DNA from: Spirochaetota bacterium
GTDB taxonomy: Bacteria; Spirochaetota; UBA4802; UBA5550
Length of the DNA stretch: 64,000 nt
NCBI GenBank assembly: GCA_963664815.2
Contig: CAXXHB010000003.1
Span: 3,744,001-3,808,000 of the forward strand
Reading direction: 5' to 3'
Positions within the stretch are counted from its first letter, which is position 1. Each line of letters begins with the position of its first letter. The notes beneath the pieces were generated by a model. That model was not told the DNA's origin, searched no databases, and was given only the letters and a program-made list of their open reading frames with translations. Position numbers and translations under genes: made by a program. Below are positions 21,323 to 31,224 of the stretch, piece after piece.

Positions 21323-21458
21323 TCATTCCGGCCATAGTGATACCGGATACGAGCATTATAAAAACATCCTGTTTCGTGCTTGCAGGCAGCCATCGTGGCT
21401 GCACTGCCGGAATTTCATAATACCTGTTCTATGGGATTCCCGCCTTAGCTGGAATGAC
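21323..21458. repeat. REP-like / multi-stem palindromic element
   Basis: TCATTCCGGC...GCCGGAAT and GGGATTCCCGCCTTAGCTGGAATGAC in inverted arrangement, with internal hairpins such as GCAGCCA-TCG-TGGCTGC. Confidence 0.5.
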
Positions 21459-21493
21459 GATAAGTGTACTGATTCAATTGTTAACTGATATAA

Positions 21494-23512
21494 TTAATCT
21501 TCATCACTTATATTTGAAAAAATTGAATTTATTGATGATAAAAAGTCATCGTCATAGCGCGGATCTCTGCCCTCCATTAATATTGTCTGCCTCTTAATAA
21601 AAAGACTTGATAACTGTGCTGCTACAAGATCATCCATCTCCTTTATAAGCCGCATTATTTTTTTCGCATCTACATTCATATCAAGTCCTCTTCTGCCGGG
21701 ATCAAAACCCAGCCCGAGAAGAACCAGCATAACAGCTATATGAGTCAGGTTTTCCTTTTCATGTTTTGCCTGCTCAACCTCCTTCATACTTTCAAAAAAA
21801 ATTTTTTCTGAAAGCACAACTCTGCCTGTAAGGGTTTCAATCAGATCCATGGCAAAATCCGGATTGTTGGCAATAAGTATATCGAGGTTATCCTTTGAAG
21901 CTGCCGCAAGTATTGTATCCTCAGCACATATTGCCGATGCATTCCGTATTTTATTAGCACCAAGAGCAGCGAGCTCTCCAAAAAATTCACCTGCCAATGC
22001 GGTGTTTACAGTAATTATATTTTCACCATCAATATTTTTAAAGAATATAATACGCCCTTTTTTTATAAGATAAAACCGGTCACCTGTATCACCCTCCCTG
22101 AAAACGATAGTCCCTGCCGAAAAAAATTCTTCATCTTCGGTCATTACAAGAGGTTTGTAGAAAAATCCTTTTATCGCATCGAAACCGGGAAGCCTCAGCA
22201 GAAATATTGCACCTTTCCAGTAACGAAGAAAATAATATTTTATAAAATAGGCATAAAAACCGTAACTAATAGAATTGAACCTTATAATCGAACCGAAAGC
22301 TTCATGCCTTATCACATGATTCTCCCACATCACTCTTCCGGTCATTATTCCGGATTCAAGATTTCCAAGCCTGAATTTTAGAGAGATCTCTTTACCCAGT
22401 CCCAGGGGTTCCGTAGTCTGAAGAAAGCAGTTTCCGACAGAAATATCATTGGTGGCAAGATACTCCTCAACTGTACCGTTTCTTACAATTTCGACATCAG
22501 ATACAATCGGCAGGCTCAACAGGCTCTTCACAAAAAACATCGGGTTTACCGCGCCTGATATTATAAGCACCAGGGAAATACACAGAGGGAAAAGAACAAA
22601 TACTGCAACGGCTTCCTCTCTGGATAGTACAAGATTATGCGTTACAGAAAGTTCCCTGTAAATGCTCATACCTGTACCGGCCAGTATGATCATTATTATA
22701 ACTGATGTAAATTTAATTATACCGGGATTCCAGTTAAAAAATGAAGCTGGATTTGATTTCAAAATTCCGGTATAACGTTTAACCCACCGGTCGTACCTCG
22801 GTTGTCTGTCCCTTAAACGCCATTCCTCAAAACTGATTCCCATTATTTTCAGTTTTTTTTCAGAAAAAAAAGACTGCGAACGGGCAAGTATTATTTCAAG
22901 AAAAACAACTGAAATAATAAGCACAGGCGCCGCAATATATGAATAACTATCCCCTTTCATCAATGCCGCATCAAACATTCCATGAAACAAAAGTGGAACA
23001 ACAAGCCCCTTAATCCTGAACCAAATTTTTCTCGGATTAGACCATGAAAGCCTGGCAATCCCGATATAAAACCCGGCAATACCGCATGTAGTAATATGCA
23101 GTGGCACCGAAAAAATCATTCTCACATATATAACAGTCTTATTTAGTTCCAGCGCATAAAAAAAGTTTTCAATACAGGAGAACCCAAGTCCGAAAAACAT
23201 TGCAGTTATTATACCTTCGGAGATAGAAAACTCCGGGAACCTACGAAGGAGTATATATACAGCAATTACTGCTCCCCCCTTCTCCGGAAGGCCGGCCATA
23301 ACAAATCCCTTCATAACCGGATTTACAATAAACACATGATCTGCAACAATGCTTCCGGCAAGAAGCAGGAAAAGTGCATAACAGATCCCTGTCAGCAGTG
23401 ATGTAATATACTTTGCCAGGGAAGCGCTTGAAAAAAAATATCTGTTGTAAATTAAACAGAATATTAGAACAGGAATAAACGATATCAATATTTTTTCAAT
23501 TTCCATTATCAA
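21494..23512 (-). CDS. PrsW-family intramembrane protease-like domain fused to PilZ-like and cNMP-binding domains
   Basis: GLGFSCIEN, PLH, LFHGMFD (PrsW); NDISVGNCFL...GRVMW (PilZ-like); IVFREGDTGDRFYLIKKG, GEFFGELA, RNASA (cNMP). ATG start likely at 23506. Confidence 0.8.
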   Translation of the reverse strand: MIMEIEKILISFIPVLIFCLIYNRYFFSSASLAKYITSLLTGICYALFLLLAGSIVADHVFIVNPVMKGFVMAGLPEKGGAVIAVYILLRRFPEFSISEGIITAMFFGLGFSCIENFFYALELNKTVIYVRMIFSVPLHITTCGIAGFYIGIARLSWSNPRKIWFRIKGLVVPLLFHGMFDAALMKGDSYSYIAAPVLIISVVFLEIILARSQSFFSEKKLKIMGISFEEWRLRDRQPRYDRWVKRYTGILKSNPASFFNWNPGIIKFTSVIIMIILAGTGMSIYRELSVTHNLVLSREEAVAVFVLFPLCISLVLIISGAVNPMFFVKSLLSLPIVSDVEIVRNGTVEEYLATNDISVGNCFLQTTEPLGLGKEISLKFRLGNLESGIMTGRVMWENHVIRHEAFGSIIRFNSISYGFYAYFIKYYFLRYWKGAIFLLRLPGFDAIKGFFYKPLVMTEDEEFFSAGTIVFREGDTGDRFYLIKKGRIIFFKNIDGENIITVNTALAGEFFGELAALGANKIRNASAICAEDTILAAASKDNLDILIANNPDFAMDLIETLTGRVVLSEKIFFESMKEVEQAKHEKENLTHIAVMLVLLGLGFDPGRRGLDMNVDAKKIMRLIKEMDDLVAAQLSSLFIKRQTILMEGRDPRYDDDFLSSINSIFSNISDED

Positions 23513-24014
23513 CCGGTGTTATTATATTTGAATATTATACAAAAATGGCCAGCTTATAAAAATAATTGCAGGCATCGTCTGCAATTCTGAATTTCCGGTC
23601 TGATAAACCCTTGCCGTCAATTATCCATTATAATTAAAATCGGCCTGTTTATTCATGCCGATAAAGATTTTTCAAAGAGCCTGTAAATTATTCTTTTCCT
23701 TACTGATTCAGCAACCTCTGCTCCACAATCTTTCGAAGAATTATACATTAATTATTTTTAAATCCATGCTGTAATTCATAAAAAAGGAGTGGCATACTGA
23801 AAATACGCTGTAATATGACACACTCGCTAAAAAATAAGCATACAGTGATACTTGAATTAATATATAAAGAATTCTTTATAGAACAAGCAGAGTGTTAAAT
23901 AATTCTGTACTCATCTCAAAGTCAGAGTAATTATATAAAAATGAATTGCATGTATTCCCATGACATGATCTGTTATATGAATTTTATAAAATATAATCAG
24001 TTTTCCGGATAAAA

Positions 24015-24941
24015 ATGTTCAATACTATTGCCATATGCGGCCCTACTGCAAGCGGTAAAACTTCACTCGCAGTCAAACTTGCCTTCAAATACAACGGGGA
24101 GATAATCTCCGGTGATTCACGCCAGGTTTTCCGCGGCATGGATATAGGGACAGGTAAAGATCTCAACGAGTATCATACTCCGCTTGGGAATGTGAAACAC
24201 CACCTCATAGATATTGCCGATCCGATGGAGGATTATAACCTCTACCGGTACATCTCGGATTTTAAAAAATCATTCAATTCAATTACAGCAAACGGTAAGT
24301 TGCCGATACTTACCGGCGGATCAGGTCTTTACATTGAGGGGGCTCTTAAAAATTACATATTATCTTCTGCGCCGGAAGACCCGTCTCTGAGAGATTCTCT
24401 CAGAATGAAATCAAAAGACGAATTGCTGGATATGCTTAAATCGGAATCCTCTGAAATTCTGGAACAGACCGATATTTCAAGCACAAGAAGAATAATAAGA
24501 GGAATAGAAATCGCACGATTTACCAGTAATAATCCGGAATCAATGATACAAGATACAGGTAATAAAATAATCCCTCTGATCATCGGACTAAAACTGCCAC
24601 GGGATGAACTTATAAAGCGGATTGATTCAAGACTCATCGAACGCCTTCAGAAAGGAATGATTGATGAAGTAAAAACCCTTCTTGAAAGTAGTGTAACATA
24701 TGAAAGGCTTATACAGCTCGGTCTTGAATACAGGTACTGTGCCATGTATCTTAAAAATGAAATATCATTCACCGATATGGTTAATAAACTTAAAACTGAA
24801 ATACATAAATTTTCGAAAAGGCAGATGACCTGGCTGCGCGGGATGGAAAGGAGAGGATTAATCATTCACTGGATAAACGGGAACAATGTTCACGAAGCTG
24901 AACAAATAATTAAAACTTCCGGAAAAGACCAGTTTTTTTAG
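24015..24941 (+). CDS. miaA: tRNA dimethylallyltransferase
   Basis: GPTASGKT, DSRQVFRGMDIGTGK, TGGSGLY, KRQMTW. Confidence 0.96.
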   Translation: MFNTIAICGPTASGKTSLAVKLAFKYNGEIISGDSRQVFRGMDIGTGKDLNEYHTPLGNVKHHLIDIADPMEDYNLYRYISDFKKSFNSITANGKLPILTGGSGLYIEGALKNYILSSAPEDPSLRDSLRMKSKDELLDMLKSESSEILEQTDISSTRRIIRGIEIARFTSNNPESMIQDTGNKIIPLIIGLKLPRDELIKRIDSRLIERLQKGMIDEVKTLLESSVTYERLIQLGLEYRYCAMYLKNEISFTDMVNKLKTEIHKFSKRQMTWLRGMERRGLIIHWINGNNVHEAEQIIKTSGKDQFF

Positions 24942-25019
24942 AATAAAATACATTGCTGATCTACCTTATTATAAATTTCAACTATGCAGTTGTGTTTTTA
25001 AAAAATATATAAACTTATA

Positions 25020-25048
25020 TTGACACAGCATGCCCTTATTCCGATAAT
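25020..25048 (+). promoter_or_regulatory. Sigma70-type promoter for mtaB
   Basis: TTGACA-17 nt-GATAAT. Confidence 0.55.
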
Positions 25049-25137
25049 CACGCCTGAATATATAGTTTCACACCAGTTGCCGATGGCGTGAAAGTGGATC
25101 CATTTTAAATTACGAAAAATTAAACTTAGAATCTGTA

Positions 25138-26385
25138 ATGAAAATTAAAATTATATCTTTAGGTTGCAGGCTTAACCAGTCAGAAATTGAAAGTGTCTCA
25201 ACTACACTTCAGAATTCCGGCCATGAAATCACACGCAGTGATAACGCTGATATATATATAATTAATTCCTGCGCCGTCACAATAAGGAGTGAAAGAAAAA
25301 CCAGGCAGCTTATTTATCAGGCGTTGGCAAAAACAGGTTACAGCGGTAAAGAAAAAATAATAGTTACAGGATGCGCTCCGGAGGATATCATTGGCGATAC
25401 ACGGATAACATATCTTTCAAATGATCATAAATATATGATCCCGGAAATAGTTGAAAAAGCGGGAGCATCCGTATCTGTGATTCAGGCGTCACGTTTTAAA
25501 TTTGATACACCATTAAAAAGCTCTACTAACAGGGTAAACCTTAAAATCCAGGACGGATGTGACAATTTCTGTTCATACTGCATAATACCTTTTACAAGAG
25601 GTATTCCAGTGAGCAAACCCTTAACATCCGTTATGAAAGAATTCAGGGAGCTCCTTGACAACGGCTTCAAAGAGATAATACTCACCGGTGTTAATATCGG
25701 GAAGTATTCTGACGGGAATGCCGATCTGGCAAAGCTTGCCGAAAGTATACTGGCACTGAATGGTGAATTCCGGCTGCACCTCACATCACTCGATCCGGAC
25801 AATGCTCCTGAAAGGCTTCTATCTCTTTTCAGCGAAAACAGGATGGTTAAACACCTCCATCTTTCACTTCAAAGCGGAAGCGATGCAGTTCTCACAAGAA
25901 TGAACAGGCCGTATAACAGGAAAACATATATTAAAGTTTCAGAATACCTTAAACATATTGACAATAATTTTAACTTTACGACGGATATTATTGTCGGATT
26001 CCCGGGCGAAACAGAAAGTGAATTCAACGAAACCCTCTCAATTGTTAAGGAAGTGGGATTTTCTCATATACACACATTCCGCTATTCACCACGCCCCGGA
26101 ACAATGGCTGCTGAAATGGAAAACATTATACATGAAAGCATAAAAACAGAAAGGAGCCGTACGTTGATAGAACTGCTTAATAAACAGAAAGCAGATTATT
26201 ATAAAAATTTTTCGGGGAAAAAGGGTATCTTCCTCAGTGAAAAGTTTTATAAAGGCGTTACAACAGGTTTTAATGAACATTATATCCCCGTGGAAATTCA
26301 TGAAAAACTTGAAAAAAACTGTTTCTTTAAAATAGACACAGTTTATAATGAAGCATCAAATCTTCTCACAGGAACTCTGATTTAA
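25138..26385 (+). CDS. mtaB: tRNA t6A37 methylthiotransferase (radical SAM)
   Basis: LGCRLNQSE, INSCAVT, VTGC, KIQDGCDNFCSYC, EIILTGVNIG.Y, HLSLQSGSD, YSPRPGT. Confidence 0.93.
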   Translation: MKIKIISLGCRLNQSEIESVSTTLQNSGHEITRSDNADIYIINSCAVTIRSERKTRQLIYQALAKTGYSGKEKIIVTGCAPEDIIGDTRITYLSNDHKYMIPEIVEKAGASVSVIQASRFKFDTPLKSSTNRVNLKIQDGCDNFCSYCIIPFTRGIPVSKPLTSVMKEFRELLDNGFKEIILTGVNIGKYSDGNADLAKLAESILALNGEFRLHLTSLDPDNAPERLLSLFSENRMVKHLHLSLQSGSDAVLTRMNRPYNRKTYIKVSEYLKHIDNNFNFTTDIIVGFPGETESEFNETLSIVKEVGFSHIHTFRYSPRPGTMAAEMENIIHESIKTERSRTLIELLNKQKADYYKNFSGKKGIFLSEKFYKGVTTGFNEHYIPVEIHEKLEKNCFFKIDTVYNEASNLLTGTLI

Positions 26386-26447
26386 ACATAACGATACGTA
26401 TACGATCTCTTAAAGTCAGACAACACATTCTCTGGAGGATTATATTA

Positions 26448-26876
26448 ATGAAACTTACTCTGATTATTATCATTGCATTTATTGTTTGGTTCAGTTCTTT
26501 ATGGGTAGCAGTTTTATCAATAATGTCAATTATTGGAGGCTGGAACAAACTCTATAGAATCTACCCGTTATCATTAAACGAGGTGACACATGATCTGGTA
26601 AAATATTCCATGTGCAGCCTGAAAATCGGGCTTATTAATTATAATGCCTGTGCCAAAATATCCTTTACCGGCAGAGGGTTTATCCTTGAGATGATGAAAA
26701 TCTTTACTGTCATGCATAAACCTCTTTTCATTCCCTACGAAATGATATCCGATGCAAAAAGAGGTAAAATCTTTTTTTCAACTTACACAAGTTTTACTAT
26801 TGAGAATAAAACAATTGTGATTTTCGGGAAAGCCGGCGACGAACTCCATACAAGAATATCAGGTTTAAACTGCTGA
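26448..26876 (+). CDS. Hypothetical membrane-anchored protein
   Basis: GGAGG RBS; N-terminal TM followed by GGW..L...Y and PLFIP. Confidence 0.75.
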   Translation: MKLTLIIIIAFIVWFSSLWVAVLSIMSIIGGWNKLYRIYPLSLNEVTHDLVKYSMCSLKIGLINYNACAKISFTGRGFILEMMKIFTVMHKPLFIPYEMISDAKRGKIFFSTYTSFTIENKTIVIFGKAGDELHTRISGLNC

Positions 26877-26924
26877 TAAATAAAACCGATAAAGAAGAGT
26901 CCGGCACAATTATCGGATTAATTT

Positions 26925-28118
26925 CTAATCCGGCAGACCATGTATTATTTTACTACTGATAAAATCCTTCACTTCATCATAAGTATAACCTGCATCAATG
27001 AGTATTTTAACTGAATCGCTCCCGATATCAGGAAATTCCAGTTTTATTTCACAGGGAGTCTCCGACAGTTTAACAGGATTGCCTACAACGAAAAGGTCCT
27101 CCCCGCTTTCTCGGAAGTTCATAACTTTTATAAGCATCTCCCTGGCCAGAACCTGTTCATGTCTGGAAACTTCGTTAAGATCGAGCACTGGTGTAAAACA
27201 GATATCCGAGTCTGCGAAAAAATCAACCCATTCATCCCTCGACTTCCCCAGCATAACCGCGTTTATATCTTCAATCATTTCATCCTGCTTTGAAATATCA
27301 TACTGAAAAGCTGTATAATTGTCACGACCAATTTTTTTACAGAATCCTTCCCAGAACTTTGACTCCAGCGCGCCGAGCCCCACATATTTTCCATCACGAC
27401 ATTTGTATGTATTATACATGGCAAACCCACCAGTAAGGAACTCCCTTCCTGCCAGAGGCTGGCTCTTGTTACCGCACCATTCACCAATAGTGAAGGAGAA
27501 CAAGCTCAGGGCACCGTCCATCATGGCAACATCACAGGATTGCCCTCTTCCGCTTCTGCTTCTCTGAAAAAGTGCAAGCATTATGCCGATAACTGCGAAA
27601 AGACTCCCTCCGGCAACATCGGCTATCTGAATCGATGAAATAACCGGAGTTCCGTCTCTCCCCGCATTTAGTGCGGATAAACCCGCAGTATTAAGATAAT
27701 TTATATCATGTCCAGCCCTGTTGATCCATGGACCGCTGAGGCCATAACCGGTTAGTGAGCAGTAAATAAGCCTTTCATTATCCCGCTTCAGAGAATTATA
27801 TCCAAACCCCATTCTATCCATAACCCCCGGCCTGAACTGTTCAATGAGGATGTCAGTGCCTGATGCAAGTTTCTTTACAATTTCCCTACCTTTATCACTT
27901 TTCAGATCCACGGCTAAACTTTTCTTGTTTCTGTTGACTGCACAGAATCTTGTGCCTATACTTCCCAAAAAGGGGGGGGCGTAACGTCCCAGCTCACCAC
28001 TTATCTCTTCAACTTTGATTACTTCAGCGCCAAAATCTGCCAGAATCTGTGTTGCGAAAGGACCTGGCAGGTATTTTGTGAGATCAAGCACTTTAATTCC
28101 ATACAGTGGTTTATCCAT
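26925..28118 (-). CDS. CaiB/BaiF family III CoA-transferase (alpha-methylacyl-CoA racemase-like)
   Basis: LPGPFATQILADFGAEVIKVE, NRNKKS, FRPGVMDR, GHDINY, ADVAGG; ATG at 28118 with GGAGGG RBS. Confidence 0.93.
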   Translation of the reverse strand: MDKPLYGIKVLDLTKYLPGPFATQILADFGAEVIKVEEISGELGRYAPPFLGSIGTRFCAVNRNKKSLAVDLKSDKGREIVKKLASGTDILIEQFRPGVMDRMGFGYNSLKRDNERLIYCSLTGYGLSGPWINRAGHDINYLNTAGLSALNAGRDGTPVISSIQIADVAGGSLFAVIGIMLALFQRSRSGRGQSCDVAMMDGALSLFSFTIGEWCGNKSQPLAGREFLTGGFAMYNTYKCRDGKYVGLGALESKFWEGFCKKIGRDNYTAFQYDISKQDEMIEDINAVMLGKSRDEWVDFFADSDICFTPVLDLNEVSRHEQVLAREMLIKVMNFRESGEDLFVVGNPVKLSETPCEIKLEFPDIGSDSVKILIDAGYTYDEVKDFISSKIIHGLPD

Positions 28119-28403
28119 TACCAACCCTCCCGTAAATAATAAATGTCAATAAATCTTCTCTATAATAAAACATCACAAATTTACAATAAGTATCCACAAA
28201 AAAACACTCCATTGCATTGTTTTTCACGTTCCCTGTAAAAAATTATGGTAAAATTCCAGAACAGATGGTTATGTATTCATAATCAATACAATACAATCAT
28301 TATCTGAAAAATTCAATTGCTGCTCTGGCTCTTAAACATTTCCTGTCTAAAAAAATTAATACCTCACCCCGGTTGTTACTTTGTATAATTCTGCAAAAAT
28401 GAA

Positions 28404-28431
28404 TTGACATAAACAAACAGTATTTTACAAT
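28404..28431 (+). promoter_or_regulatory. Sigma70-type promoter for the ArsR-barrel operon
   Basis: TTGACA-16 nt-TACAAT, overlapping the palindrome ATTTATATAAAT (28430-28441). Confidence 0.45.
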
Positions 28432-28472
28432 TTATATAAATACTTAAACTCTCTAATTCAAGGGATCAAATA

Positions 28473-28760
28473 ATGTTATTTTCAGAATGCCAGATAGACA
28501 CAGCTACTGAGATTTTAAAATCTATTGCACACCCCATCAGACTTAAAATTCTCTGTTTTCTTCTGGAAGGTGAAAAAAATGTCGGCGAAATAGAACAGAA
28601 ATTCGGATCAACAATATCCAATATATCACAGCATTTAACAGTACTGAGAAAAGCCGATATAATCCTGCGAAGAAAAGATGCAAATTTTATGTACTACTCG
28701 CTTAAAGACATCAACATAGTAACACTCATGAACACTATTAAAAATCTCTTCTGCGAATAA
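28473..28760 (+). CDS. ArsR/SmtB family repressor of YgaV/BigR/SqrR type (two-Cys)
   Basis: LKSIAHPIRLKILCFL, ISQHL..LR, C-terminal KNLFCE. Confidence 0.88.
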   Translation: MLFSECQIDTATEILKSIAHPIRLKILCFLLEGEKNVGEIEQKFGSTISNISQHLTVLRKADIILRRKDANFMYYSLKDINIVTLMNTIKNLFCE

Positions 28761-30401
28761 ATGTTTATTAACAAGTATTCTATTTTTTATTTACTCATTG
28801 TTATTCTATGTTCCTCAACTATCTACCCGCAGCCCGCAAAAAAACTGATTATTAAGGGTCTTAAAATATTCCCGGAAAGTGAGCTTTATTTACAGCTGCA
28901 TCTGGAAAGGTTTGAAGAGGGTAAAATTAACGTTTCAGATGTAGTAACATCTATAGAAAAATTTTACAAGGACAGGAATTACACTCTTGTTAAAGTTTTT
29001 GCCACCGAACTACGGAATACGGGTGAATACACACTGTTTGTGGATGAAGGCCGACTTGGAAAAATTATTGTTCATAACCTGAACAGCTACTATTCACTTA
29101 AATTCAAACAGCAGGTAAAAATTCCGGGAAGAATCTATAACGAAGTAATACTTAAGCAAAACCTTGTAAAACTTAAACAAAAATTCCCAAAATCGCAGAT
29201 AAGGATGGAGATTGAGAAACCTCCGGATTACGAAAGCAATATCATCCAGCTCGACAGAGAACTCAGAAGATTGAAACTGGGTGAAATCTTTGATACCGAG
29301 ATTTTTGACAGGTATACACCATTGAACGATCTTCATTTCTTTGTCACAAACAGTAACGGGGGTGATCTTCCCGACAATAAAAACGAGGGATTCGGATTTG
29401 ATATAGATTATAAATTCCCGTCGGTTTTTATCCCACAGGTATATTATCTTGATAAAAATCTTTTTTCAAAAAAAGATTACCTGGAATCTACACTTTCTAT
29501 AGGGGTTGATCCAGGCCTGAAAAAGCTATTGAGCATCCATCCATCCCTGGATATCGCGTTTCCACCGGAAATAAGCTACGTAGAGTTAACAGGTGAATAT
29601 AAAATAAGTCCTCTGCAGAATGATTTTATAGGTCCGCTTCTCAGAGGAAGGATATTTCACAGCAAAGCATCAAGAAGCGATCTGGGCATTTCCGGTTACA
29701 CTTATTTAAACATGAGAGGCACTCTTGCTCCGGAGATAACATTATTAAAAAATCTCAATATCTATGCCGGTACAGGACTTGAACAGGTATTTATCTACGA
29801 CACATCAACAGATTACAATGCCGAACAATATACCATCATAAGCAACAATAATTTCTGGAGACCATTCAACGAAGCCAGAATAAAATTTGATCCGGTACCA
29901 ATTAGAATCGGCAACAGAATAGACAAATATCTCATTCTCACTTATACAGATTATTATTCCGGAAATAATTCCAATACTCTTGAAATAAAAGGTGTATATG
30001 ACACTGAGTTTGAAAATCTCAGCATACTCTCCCTGAAATTATATGCGGCAATGCTGTTTCAGAATCCGCCATTTTACGATAATATTTCTGTAAATAACCA
30101 GTTTTTCAAAGGGTTTTCCGGAGATAGTTATTATTGCAATAAAAATTTGTCACTGTCAGGGGAATACAGAATTTCAATTTATCAGGATTACATGTATGCC
30201 GGGGCTTTTTTCGACTGTGTATTATTTGAACCGGAAGGATATATTCTGTCAGGCACAAAGCAGGGTATATACTATGGACCCACGGCAAGGCTTCTTATTT
30301 ATGACCAGTTCGAATTAATTACCTATTTCGGTTTTGACAGATTATTCCCTGATAATAATACAGGGTTCAATCTTCAGATGAAGCTAAGAAAAAAATGGTA
30401 G
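28761..30401 (+). CDS. Outer-membrane beta-barrel protein with N-terminal POTRA-like domain (Omp85/TpsB-like)
   Basis: Signal peptide; Y...NYTLV.V...LFVDEGRLGKIIV POTRA pattern; amphipathic strands; ends in W; ATG abuts the ArsR stop. Confidence 0.65.
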   Translation: MFINKYSIFYLLIVILCSSTIYPQPAKKLIIKGLKIFPESELYLQLHLERFEEGKINVSDVVTSIEKFYKDRNYTLVKVFATELRNTGEYTLFVDEGRLGKIIVHNLNSYYSLKFKQQVKIPGRIYNEVILKQNLVKLKQKFPKSQIRMEIEKPPDYESNIIQLDRELRRLKLGEIFDTEIFDRYTPLNDLHFFVTNSNGGDLPDNKNEGFGFDIDYKFPSVFIPQVYYLDKNLFSKKDYLESTLSIGVDPGLKKLLSIHPSLDIAFPPEISYVELTGEYKISPLQNDFIGPLLRGRIFHSKASRSDLGISGYTYLNMRGTLAPEITLLKNLNIYAGTGLEQVFIYDTSTDYNAEQYTIISNNNFWRPFNEARIKFDPVPIRIGNRIDKYLILTYTDYYSGNNSNTLEIKGVYDTEFENLSILSLKLYAAMLFQNPPFYDNISVNNQFFKGFSGDSYYCNKNLSLSGEYRISIYQDYMYAGAFFDCVLFEPEGYILSGTKQGIYYGPTARLLIYDQFELITYFGFDRLFPDNNTGFNLQMKLRKKW

Positions 30402-30411
30402 CCAACTGCCG

Positions 30412-31224
30412 TTAATCTATACTTATTATCCTGCTTGTCATAAAACATCTTTCGCTGTCGCGAAGAAAACAGTGAGCAAGTATGTAATTATTCTTCCCGT
30501 ATTTCAGAAATTCCTTTGGTAATATATGCCTTTTCGTGACAATGCCATCAGAGTCTTTATACCTGATTGTAACCTCCTCCCCTATGCATATATTTCTCCA
30601 CACCTCTCTCCCTTGTGAGGATTCTGATACAATACCCGGATGTACAAGTTCACCATGAACTTTAACCAGATCGGAAAATGACGATTCACCAGTAACACCA
30701 AGGCCCTTAAGGCTTTCACAGAATACCACCATGCACGCTATCGCGTCATCAAGCGCCCTGTGGCTTACAAGATCAAGCCCCAGGTGAGAAGCCAGTGTGG
30801 GGAGTTTATGATTGGGAAGTTCAGTAAAATGTTTTTTCGCCAGCCTAACAGTATCAAGTGCAAGTAGTTCCGGCTTTTTTACACTGTTTGCACTGAAAGC
30901 GCGTTCAATAAAGGAAAGGTCAAAACGCGGATTCTGAATAACCAGTACTGTTCCGTCAATAAATGAAAAAAAATCATTCCAGACTTCATCAATTGCCGGA
31001 AATCCGGAGACCATTTCATTGGTAATACCATGAATCCGTATAACATTCTCAGGTATATTGATCCCGGGATTGACAAGCGTCTGATAGCATATATTTCCGC
31101 CATCAAGACGAAACCTGACAGCACCGATCTCTACAATTTTATCAAACGCAGGATTTACACCTGTAGTCTCAAGATCAACCGCACAGAAATCAACAGATGA
31201 GAGTTTAACGTTGTTCTTCACCAT
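30412..31224 (-). CDS. DnaQ-like DEDDh 3'-5' exonuclease fused to C-terminal WYL domain
   Basis: VDLETTG, N..FDL.F, LDT, HRALDDA; C-terminal IRY.DS.G..TKRHI.P...YILAHCFLRDSERCF...RI. Confidence 0.88.
   Translation of the reverse strand: MVKNNVKLSSVDFCAVDLETTGVNPAFDKIVEIGAVRFRLDGGNICYQTLVNPGINIPENVIRIHGITNEMVSGFPAIDEVWNDFFSFIDGTVLVIQNPRFDLSFIERAFSANSVKKPELLALDTVRLAKKHFTELPNHKLPTLASHLGLDLVSHRALDDAIACMVVFCESLKGLGVTGESSFSDLVKVHGELVHPGIVSESSQGREVWRNICIGEEVTIRYKDSDGIVTKRHILPKEFLKYGKNNYILAHCFLRDSERCFMTSRIISID

Noticed and set aside
23560-23750. Possible GGDEF remnant (minus strand GAEVAESVRKRI, IADDA)
   Set aside because: Similarity is too short and scattered to support.
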